DNA of 64,000 nucleotides from Catajapyx aquilonaris (lineage: Eukaryota), in NCBI GenBank assembly GCA_000934665.2, contig JYFJ02000929.1, forward strand, positions 1 through 64,000, read 5' to 3'. Positions 1 through 10,247 of the stretch are shown here, piece after piece; the first letter of the stretch is position 1; each line of letters begins with the position of its first letter. A program made the translations under genes and the position numbers. The notes beneath the pieces were generated by a model. It was not told where the DNA came from, made no database searches, and was given only the letters and a program-made list of their open reading frames with translations.

Positions 1-1335
1 CAGGGTTGCCATATCTTACAGAATGTGCAACATGTGTTTATATTTAAATAATGAGCGTGCATTCGGTGGGTCATCGTGGCTCCACGTCCAGATATGTCCG
101 GAAGTGTCCAAAGAACTAACGTACCAAGTTTTATGGCTTCGTCACCGAATGCAAGCTCCCTATTCATATGGAGAATTCCTAGATTGCCCCGACTATATAC
201 GGCAACGCCGCGATAGTGCCCTCCCTCGGGGTGGGTCATCGTGGCCCCACGTCCAGATATGTTCGGAAGTGTGCAGAGAACTAACATACCAAGTTTTATG
301 GCTTTGTCACCGAATGCAAGCTCATTATTCAAAAATAAACACATTTTGCACATTCTGTTAGATATGGCAACCCTGCGATAGTGCCCTCCATCAGGGTGGG
401 TCATCGTGGCTCCACGTCCAGATATGTTCGGACGTGTCCAAAGAACAATTCTACCAAGTTTCACGTCTTTGTCACCAAATGCAAGATCCCTATCAAAATA
501 TAAACGCATGCTGCACAGTCTGTTAGATTTGGCAACACCATGATAGTGCCCTCCACCGGGGTGGGTCATCGTGTCCCCACGCCCAGATATGTTCGGAAGT
601 GTGCAAAGAACTATATTGTACCGAGTTTCACGTCTTCGTCACCGAATGCAAGCTCCCTATTCACATAGTTTACTTAGAGAGCCCATTAGATCTGGCAACC
701 CTGCGAGTGACCCCCAGCAGGGTCATCCATAGTGGCCTCACTTACAGACATGTTCAGTAGTGTCCAAAGACCAATTGGGGCGAGTTTCATGTTTTATCAG
801 TGTTTTATCGCCGAATGCAAGGCCCTTTTCCATGTAAAGGTGTGCAACACATGTTCGATTTGGGAACTCCGCGATAGTGACCCCTGGCGAGGCCACCAGG
901 GGTCACCCACCGTGACCCCACGTCCAGATATGTTGAGATGTGTTCGAAGAACTACTGTACCGAGTTTCACGTTTTTATCACCGAATGCCAGCTCCCAATT
1001 CACATGATCCTCGCAGAGATGTATGTTTGGTCCGTTACATCTGGCAACCCTGCAAGTGACCCACAGCGGGGTCAGCCATCATGGCCCCACATCCAGACAT
1101 GTTCAGAAGTGTCCAAAGACCAATTGTGGCGAGTTTCATGTTTTTGTCACCCAATACAAGGTCCTAAAAGGATTCTGCATCTGGTAGTTATGGAAACCCT
1201 GCGAAATGGACCACCACCGGGGTGGGTCATCGTGGCTCCACGTCCAGATATGATCGGAAGTGTCCAAAGGACAAGTGTACCGAGTTTCATACTTTTGTCA
1301 CAAAATGCAAAGTTCAACCCCTTAGCACCCGGACT
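1..1335. repeat. Degenerate ~165-bp tandem repeat array (about 8 units), probably the internal repeats of a Helentron-like non-autonomous element; runs off the left edge
   Basis: Core GGGTGGGTCATCGTGGCTCCACGTCCAGATATG...TACCAAGTTTCA...TCACCGAATGCAAG recurs at about 66, 229, 394, 558, 720, 900, 1068 and 1219. Bases 1-68 are an inverted copy of part of the unit. Confidence 0.85.
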
Positions 1336-1399
1336 AAAAGAATTACTGCAATACCAACTTAACCTGAATATTCTTGTTCAAATTGATTTCGATAAAATA

Positions 1400-2080
1400 A
1401 TAGCAAGGGCATTTCCTAGGACCCGAGTATGAAAATCAACAAAGCATTTGAGCAAATGCCAATTTGTGTTTCCAATTATTCGTAAGGGTGCAGAAAAAGC
1501 AATCATACTAAAGAGGGAGTTGCCAATTTTGAACTCACTTGCATCCAAGGAAATGCAATTGCACAGTAATATTATTTACTCTTATAGTTGTTTCCTATGG
1601 GCCACAGTCAGTGTAGTGAATATCAATAATTGTGTCCAACTATTATAGTAGGGCTGCTGCCACAAGTTACAGCAAGAGAAATTCCATTAAAATTTTCTGA
1701 TGATTAAACTTAAGGTCGACCTGGAAAAACAAAGTTAGTGGTTTAGGTTGAAGAAGTTGAGAATGCCAGTAATTGACAACGACGTTGAACTTGGCCGTAT
1801 TTCAGATCTCACCACTTTTGACTGCCAAGCAGTCAGGAGAACTTGGCCTTTTTTTTACAGAAAGGTTTTTGGTGGGATAAAGCCAATCTTCTTCCAAGTA
1901 ATGCAGGAGACCAAGTGCGTTGTAACACACGCCATGATGGATGAAGGAGAGGTTTTCATTGCATAAACAGATATTATGCCAATATTAGTATTTATTGCAC
2001 AATTTTTTACATCACAGGACTGGCGAGCAACGTCGCTGATTCTGATTAACAAAAATCGAATCTTTTCCAAGTCAATTTAT
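1400..2080 (-). mobile_element. Highly decayed PIF/Harbinger- or ISL2EU-like transposase relic
   Basis: Fragments across frames on the minus strand: CLCNENLSFIHHGVCYNALGLLHYLEE (SWIM-finger-like), ENFNGISLAVTCGSSPTII..LWP (HTH_Tnp_4-like) and CISLDASEFKI..HLLKCFV (resembles the IIDCTEIFI..TLKFLI motif of DDE_Tnp_4). Many stops and frameshifts. Confidence 0.3.
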
Positions 2081-3780
2081 TGACAATTGCTAGATAACAC
2101 AGGTGACTGCAAGTGCCTTTTCACGAGCAATTCCCAATTATTACCAAAAAAAAACAAATGTGACTTGATAAGCAAAGGAAGGCAGTGAAAGTCGAGCGCT
2201 CAACTTCCTCCCCCTTCCTTCCAATCAGAAACATTTGTTCAATGGACCCAACCCTTCCCTCCAAAGAAGTTGTCTACGTATATTTAACAGGCACTGCAGA
2301 ATTGGAATTATTCTCGTACATATCCAATGTATATGGTGGAAATGGCGGCGTCGTAGTAAGTTTAGCAGTCACTGCTGGAGAACCACCATCTGAAAATGCA
2401 AAGGTGCGTGAATGGACCACGCATAAATTGTTAATTGCTCGTATTTACATACCCCTTTTGAAGGATGCTGCCTTGTCCCCACGTGCTGTATTTCTGAGAA
2501 TTGTAGCCAGATACGATCAAACGGGATACGGAGCTTTCAGTTGCTGCACCACCGACCTCGATGAAATCCATCAATTTATTGCAGTTTCTGAAAGTATATA
2601 GACATTAGTAGAAATAATCAATTAATCATACACGAGATCATCGCTTACCATGCTAGTCATCTTGACGAGAGTGTTATCCTTGTTGGAGGTCAGTTTTATG
2701 GACTCCGGCACATTTTTTAGCTCTCATATCCGGAATAATTTCTGCACTTAAAGACATTCTGCAAAAAGGAGAAAAATTATACAGGCAAGTCGGCAAAATG
2801 AGTTACTAATAAAAGGATACGTTACGTACGCTATACGTCCAGCTGTAGCCTGTAGGGAGGACCAGCTTCACCTGAAAAATTCAATTAGCAATATTAGCAC
2901 ATTTTCAAATGCCGCAATCAAAATAAATTGCTGCAACTATAGTTACAGGGCTTTTTTTGTCACATTTCCGTGTTGCAGTTTGGCTATAATCGAGGCGAAT
3001 AAGACCTAACGCCTAACACCTGCCTAACACGTACGCGACACGAATATTCGTCTCGTTCAACCATATAACTGCAACCGCAATCTGAAAAAAGCCCCTTTTG
3101 GCCGTTCAATCATAATATTGCAATAAAATTCACGGACATGTCAGGCCATGAATCCCATTTCCAATTAGACTGGCCGACAGTTACTAGCAACCTCACAAAG
3201 GTCTCCTCTTACTGGATCTGCAACAATGGGACGTCCAGGCATCGCTTGGGACAACCAGTGTACTGGAAAGACAAGGAACCAAATTAGAAAAAAAAATGCG
3301 TTTTTTTGTCAAATGTACCCCCCACCCACCCAACCTTCCACCCCCTATAGTCGGCCTTACATATATGACATTACTTTCGGCCGAGTGGGGCCTTTCTCTG
3401 CAAGTCCCTCACTACCTTACACTCAGCGGTGGTTGACATCAAATGGGGGTCCGATGGGGCAGGGCAGGCAAATGATCGTCTCCTTTAGGATGGCACTCTG
3501 TATAGGGATGAGTGGTGAGGTGACGTGTATCGCAAAAATTCCATCTACGCGGATGTGAGCTAAATTCTGAAACACACGTTTGAGTACCGCGTGACCCGAA
3601 TAAAAAAGTTGCCAGACAAAAATGGACATTCTAATTAATTCATCACCGAACAAGACATATGTTACTGGTCACAGATAATCATCCTGTGGTCATTTGCATC
3701 ACCACAAATACTCTCACAGCATCCATATGCGGTCCATTCCAATTTAGTTCAGGTATACAGGTTGACTGTCGGGTCAGAGG

Positions 3781-4110
3781 TCACCCGAGCACGATGACCT
3801 CCGGGTCAGGGGGCAGCAGGACCGGCTTGTATGCAGGTGTTTTGGGCTTGATGTTTATGGACTTCATGTAGCTGAGGAACTGGTCAGGTATCTCCTGTAG
3901 AACCTCTTTGGCCAGCCGACGCGACGCTTGACCGCTTGACCTTCGTGTAGTTCTGCTCGAAGTTTCGGAAGAGCACGAACTGTGTCTCGGGCCACTTTCT
4001 TTCCCCTGTACGAAATGGGCACAATGTCTCCGTCCAGCTCTTCCATGGCCGTAAAATCCGTGCTGCCGACTCCGATTATGATGATGGACAGTGATGGAAG
4101 CACGGATTCG
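3781..4110 (-). pseudogene. Copine C-terminal (vWA domain end) fragment, uninterrupted by introns, frameshifted
   Basis: Minus strand reads LSIIIIGVGSTDFTAMEELDGDIVPISYRGKKVARDTV, then after frameshifts FRNFEQ and RLAKEVLQEIPDQFLSYMKSINIKPK..VLG*. This matches the copine signatures SIIIVGVG.ADF.AME.LDGD, RDIVQFVPFR and LAKEVLAEIP.Q...YM. Confidence 0.85.
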
Positions 4111-4263
4111 ATGCTGATAAACAACAACAACAACAACACAGATCTGCTATCAGCAAAATGTCTAGCATATTATGATGAAATAACGATTGTTTTCATTTTA
4201 ACACAATAATGGCTCCGAAAGTGCACGATCATGCAATTTAACAATACGAATAACTCTCACGTA

Positions 4264-6199
4264 TCAAGATCTTTTCTGCATTAGCGTTTTTATCCGCGAG
4301 GCTAGAGATGATAAGTCTTGAAGGAACAATCTAACTGCATCTGTGTACGCCTTTATCCTATTAGAAAAATTAAATTCAATCATTAATTTACTAACAATTA
4401 ATTTTATTATAAATAATAAAGTGTGGAGAGTAGTTCTAAACTTAATATTTTTGCTACTGATTCATTAATTAGTACTTATGGCAAGTCAGTTAGTTGGACT
4501 CTCATTATTTTGTGAGTACTCATTGATCCAATGAGCCTATTACATTACTTGAATCAACTCACCTGTAGAAGTAGATGAAGACATTTAGAGCAAAGTATCC
4601 CTGCAGTAGAAATGTGTAATAAATGTAGGGAATAGACCACACATCCGCACCTCCAAAAAATACTATCCCAAAGTATGAGGTCTGTAGCAAGAAGTAAGTG
4701 AAGGTCAGAATGAACATGTGTGTGGTCACTTGCTTCTCTCTTTTTCTCAGAGTCTCAAAAGTCAAATCAGAAATCCCACTGTTAATATAAGAGGGATGGA
4801 AATTAATATTGGTAAACCCATAAAGTATTAGACACCGTCTTCATCAGATACTCACTGGCATTGCTTCAGGTCAGAAGTGGAAACGTTTATTTTCACTACA
4901 GTCAGAATCAAGCATATTGGAATCGACACCCAAGGTATCATGCATAGAATTAGACTAATAAAATGTATGAGGGAATCCTTGTCGATATTTTGACAAAACC
5001 CAACTGAGCAGCAGTAGCCAAATTCACCATACACCTGCAAGGTAATATAATCCATCAATTGAATCCAAAATCACTATTTTAATTGGCTTTCTCTGCCAGT
5101 CCCGGAGTGTTGTACCTTACCAGTTGCAAAGCGTTAATGGTGGCCGCAATGAGCCACAGAAGAACCAATACTGGTATGGCACCACCAGGATCAAAAATCA
5201 TACTTTTGGCCCTGGGGCACCATATTGCTAAGGTTCTGAAACAGGAGGTGTGATGTGCACGTCAACAAGACAACACGAATAGTTTCATTACCATCTCTTT
5301 CTGCCAAAATCAATTGCAAGAGATTAATTGAGGCACTCGGAGGAAGAACGGCATATCCCAACCGACCTCCAATTTTGAGATTTTAGTGCTGTTGTACTCT
5401 GCTTCCATCTACCTTTCATGTGCTGAAGTACCAAGTGAATTAGGACATGTCAAAGGTCACATATTCCACTTGGAAAATTTGTCTGTAGCTTTATAGCTGC
5501 ATGATGAAGCAAAACAAAAAAGCCCCTTTTCTCAAAACGAACTCCGGTTGGGATACGCCGTACTTCATCTGAGCGCCTCAATTATTTTGATAATTATCAT
5601 CGACTCCGAAAGAGGTTGCTCATTTTGTGAAAAATTGTAGGTGTATTCGACTGGATAAAAATCACTATGAAAATAGCATACAATTTTAATGGATTTTATT
5701 ACAGTATACCTTATAATGGGCAGGCCTAGGCAATGTTCACCCAAGTGCTTCATTATAATTATGTACTGTACCTGCACACTATAGCTGCTGATAAGGATAA
5801 GAGAGACGTTGCTTTCAGGAAATCACCGAAAACTCCACTGATTTGACAGTACGTGTATCCAAATTTCCACTCTCTGTAGAGGTAGGTGACTCCCATGACT
5901 GACAATGTCGTGCCGCAATAGAGACATTCAGAGAAACACATGCTGAGAAGGAGGACTGTCATACAGTTTCTGAGGGGACTTCGAGGGTCGGCGCACCTTC
6001 TCCTGGCGTATGGTACGGCCAGCAGCACCAGGAGATTGGCCATTGTGCCCACGACGCCCATGCACGTCCAGTACACTCCGACCACTGTGGTGAAGGACTG
6101 GGAATAGTCAGGGAAGCAGTACGGAGGAGGGGAGGGCCCCAGGCACAGTCGGGATGTCTCCTGGTTATCTCTCGTGCACACGGGTGATGTGGTCTCCAT
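4264..6199 (-). CDS. Rhodopsin-class GPCR, Tre1/moody/GPR84-like; 5 exons: 6199-5772, 5235-5121, 5034-4856, 4778-4563, 4357-4264
   Basis: GT-AG introns join in frame. TM1 GVVGTMANLLVLLAV, TM2 LLSMCFSECLYC, ECL1 WKFGYTYC, TM4 LWLIA, ECL2 GEFGYCCSVGFC, TM7 FALNVFIY, and helix 8 KAYTDAVRLFL before the TGA. Confidence 0.8.
5348..5561. mobile_element. MITE in intron 1 of the GPCR
   Basis: Terminal inverted repeats ACGGCATATCCCAACCG / CGGTTGGGATACGCCGT. Confidence 0.6.
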
Positions 6200-7167
6200 T
6201 GGACTGGTTGGTCGACTGGTGCGATCACTGGTGAATCAGAATGGTTAGTATATCGGGAGTAGCTCCAACTCTGACGTCTAGTCAGCACTTCTTATAATCC
6301 GAATAGTTGGTCAGTCCACCAATAAATGGCATCACCAACTGGAGCTTGATTATTGCTTATTACGACGAAAGGAAGCACAACACTATAGTACCGTACAGTA
6401 CGTATAAGTTGCACCATCAGGGATTAGGTTGTATACTCTTTCCCTACTCACACTAGAATCTGCTATTGAAATCCGTCCCACTGCACGAGTTCCGGATAGA
6501 AACAATGGAAAAAGAATCCCTTGTCAGAGACAGTATTAGCAATATTATTCTTCCGCCACATTGTATGTCATTAACACCTATATAGAATCGGCGTCGATTG
6601 ATCCCTTATTGCATGTTTATAGATTTCAAGGTTGTGCTGTTCGTAATGTGTAATGGCAGTGGAATATTATTTTCAGTCTACTTCTTATAATGTAGAGCCT
6701 TATGTGCAGTGCGAACCACCCATTGCGCAATATTCGTTGCTGGATTTGTCGCACATTTTAGAATAGCTTAAAATCTCACGTATGCTCATTTACACTCGCT
6801 TCCGTCTTGAAGTGTGGCACAAAGAGAGTCATGTGAAAATTTTAATCCCACACTGGTTTTTAAGTGTTGCATGGACATTTCACAAGATGTTAGTTATACA
6901 TAATAAGAAATAATAACGACCAGACCTTCCCCTCGCCTTGCAATTCACATACGGAACCACATCAGGGTGTCATAATGGTCCACACAATATCTGCGATAAA
7001 AATGGCGGCTGCTGTAAAGGCAAGAAAAGTAGATACTCGTAATCCTTACTATAGACACTGCATTTTATTTCCTTTGCGGATTTCTGTTGGGTTTAGAGTG
7101 AAACACTAGGATATGTAGCAAAACTTGTGTATGTTTAATTTATTAAGGATTTTTAAATTTGGTTCCA

Positions 7168-7205
7168 GTGAATGATTTTCAATGTATACATTGAAAATCA
7201 TTCAC
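7168..7205. repeat. Perfect 38-bp palindrome
   Basis: GTGAATGATTTTCAATGTA|TACATTGAAAATCATTCAC. Confidence 0.9.
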
Positions 7206-7362
7206 CGTCATGTGCGACATAAGTAGTACTAGTACCTGAAACACCACCTGAAACAGATTTTACTGCTTGAAAAATCTCTGTTCTCTGTGTGTAAATATAA
7301 TATTCAGTGCCTGACATTTACGCGTAACCTGCAAAAACCTAGTCTGTTGACCCAGCTGTAGA

Positions 7363-8808
7363 TTATTCAGCACCTCTGAATTGAGCCACGATGACCAGAA
7401 AGGTGACGCAGGCACTTGCTATCTGGAAAAGTTGAAAAGACAAAATTAAACATTGCTCGCAGGAACTTATGCAGAAGGTGTGTGGATGATACGTTGACAA
7501 GATGCCATCCTATGCAATACATCTGGGTCTATAATAGTCTCTCATAAGCATCCTGATTAGTGGAACGTTATGATTGTGTGTACATCACCCAATTAGTGAG
7601 TAGAAGCTGCCTACTCTCATGAATGTGCTGTACATATGAAACAAGTATTTGTTACAATACCGTTACAATAATGCTGCTCCGAACTTTGAAGAACCATCCA
7701 GACACTTCAGCCTCGTGATTTGTCACCTGAGCTACAAAAGACTGGAATAGGAGTTTGCTGTCCAAATCGAAGGAGAACAAGTCGATTCCTTGAAGGTCAG
7801 GGAGAGATAAGGAAGCCTGTAATCATCAAAGAAGAGTATATAATGTTATTACCACGCACACTACTATGATGGTGTCCCATCATGCAGAATATCCAACCTC
7901 ACCTCTAGAGGCAGCCTTTCAAGTAAGCAGGTGACGCAGAAGAGAGCAAGGATCCTGAACCCAGTTGCAGAGAAGGCAGATTCAGGAGAGACGATCGGAT
8001 TAAGTATGATGTTGGCGATTGATGCCACAACTGCCACCAGGACGTGCAGGTAAGACACGGCCACTGACACTCCGTAACACCCGTTCAGACAGCGAACCAG
8101 GTCGCACAGTTCCCCAAAAGCACCGCTCAGACGAGACAACAATTGAAATGGAATCACTCTCTGATGGACGATGGAAAGGAGGGCCTCGGAGGAAGTAGTA
8201 GAAGATGGGAAAGTGCGTGGAATGGTGGACAGGGTGGTTCGGATAGAATGATTGACCAGTCCGAACCTGAGTCTGATCGACTCTGAGAAGAAGACCACCT
8301 GACTCAGCACGGTTAAGGGAGTGATCCAGATCAGGACATAGAGTGACCATATCACCAGGTTAGGCCAGAATGACATTGACCCTACCATCTCCAGTGTTAT
8401 CATTCCCAAGACGCAAATTAGGATTGAGGCTGAGTTAATTGCGGCTGTCACCTTAGCCCTTCTGTTAGCGTCTACATTCATCACGTCGTCGAAATAATCC
8501 AAACGAGTGAACAGCTTGCAAATCTGTTGGCACTTATACGACAAGATAATGTAGAGGAGAACTGCCGTAACATTCATGTTTACTATGTTAGTGAGCATAA
8601 CAACATTTTTCACTCTTTTCAAAGAAAGCTCTATATCGAACGGCCGGTAAGCGAGAAGCAAAGCGTTGAAAGCAATGCAGAGAAGAGGTGCAGTGAACAG
8701 CAATGCCCACTTCCGAGTGTACTTCCCCTTAGCGGTCTTGACCACTGGAAAAATCCCGATAATTCGTGATAAAATTGCAATCGGCTTGAACGAATCGTAC
8801 AGATCCAT
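7363..8808 (-). CDS. Gustatory receptor family gene GR-1; exons 8808-7903, 7816-7661, 7422-7363 (~373 aa)
   Basis: Multi-TM ORF. Exon 2 reads ..EVSGWFFKVRSSIIVT and exon 3 reads IASACVTFLVIVAQFRGAE* (GR TM7 T.hhhhhQF signature). Canonical phase-0 introns. Confidence 0.9.
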
Positions 8809-9686
8809 CTCCTATCGCGGGATAATCTAAATTCGATGCTTCTAGGTCGGAAATAGATTTGGGAGTGTGGCACACAATGCTGCTCTAAAAGAAGTTCGAT
8901 TTTAAACTGTTAGTTTAATGATTTGGTACATTATCAGACATGTCCATCTCTTTTTAGCGCCATTTGGTCAGCCAATGGTCGTGTGATTGGCGTTTTTCAG
9001 ACGCGCCTTGCAATTTGCCTAATGCTCCATCCAGTCAAGGTTCCTATGGCATGTCTTGGAAAATGCTTCACTATTGACAGTGCAAAGAGAGATTCGTGGT
9101 TATGCAATGAGTCGATTCGCGCACGTTATACGAGGCTATGGGATTAATTAATGAGAGAGGACTGGCGCCTGTGAGAACATGTCGTGGGTCAAAGGTCGTG
9201 GACGAATTGACTCTGTCAGCATTTGATGATTCGTAAAAACTAACCCCATCATTGTCTTGCTTTTTTCACTCAACACATAGTTGCGATAATTATTATCTTA
9301 CAGACCTAATAAAAACAGCCAATTCTTTTGATATCATACATTAATACTATAAATTAATATTAATAACGAAATGAATTATGAAATAGGTGCCTGACCGATC
9401 AATAGTAAGCCACTTTGTGAGTTTATTTAATCAGGCAAAATATTTAGCAATTTTAGTACACTTCCAATGTCCTTCATAGAATACCAGGATATTTTGATGC
9501 AACAACGACTGGTTTTCATTTTAACAAAATAATGGCTCCGAAAGCCTGGAAAGATTCTCATGGATCAACATGATAGCACGGATGAGGTATGGAGGCAGAT
9601 GCTTAATAATGTAGAAACCTTTATTGAAAAATCCTTGGTTAACAACATTAATTTTGTCATCCATCATCTGAAAATATCCAATAATT

Positions 9687-9935
9687 GAAGGGGTCGGTGC
9701 AATACTGCCCTAACCCTCCCAAACCTGATTTTGAGAAAACTGCAGTTGGAAGTTTGAGAGGCCATATACATCCCATATACCATGTGACTTATTTCATTTT
9801 ATTTCTCAGTGACCGATGGCAGAAACTGCACAATTTCAATGGATTTTATTAGATACATGAGTGTAGTACATGGAAGTGTGCTTAACTCAATTTGTGTCAT
9901 TTGGTGGGTTAGGGCGGTATTGCACCGACCCCTTC
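9687..9935. mobile_element. MITE (AATT-flanked, possibly Sola-type) between the divergent GR-1 and GR-2
   Basis: TIRs GAAGGGGTCGGTGCAATACTGCCCTAACCC / GGGTTAGGGCGGTATTGCACCGACCCCTTC, with AATT on both sides. Confidence 0.75.
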
Positions 9936-10247
9936 AATTATTAATTTGGATTCAGGTAAAGGAGCGTTAAACATAGTTTTCTTTTCTATCCCTTTGAAGA
10001 ACTTTGTGAATATAAAATTGGCTTATAACTTACAGTACATTATTATTCGCAAAGGTGTGCACTGGCATATCAGTGTTGTTTGTATTGCGGTAATAAATAT
10101 TAGAGTGAATTCCCCTTTTGCCAACAACATTGATTAATGAAACCCGATAGAGAGTAATAGTCTTGGCCTCACCATGCAATCAATGCAGCACCATTGAAGT
10201 GCTCACGTCCTTTTCGGTGTGTTCACTCACTCTGTGCTGGTTTCACA

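Noticed and set aside
23..1432. ORFs with repeated SSWPHVQIC motifs
   Set aside because: Translations of the 165-bp repeat, with the frame not maintained between units.
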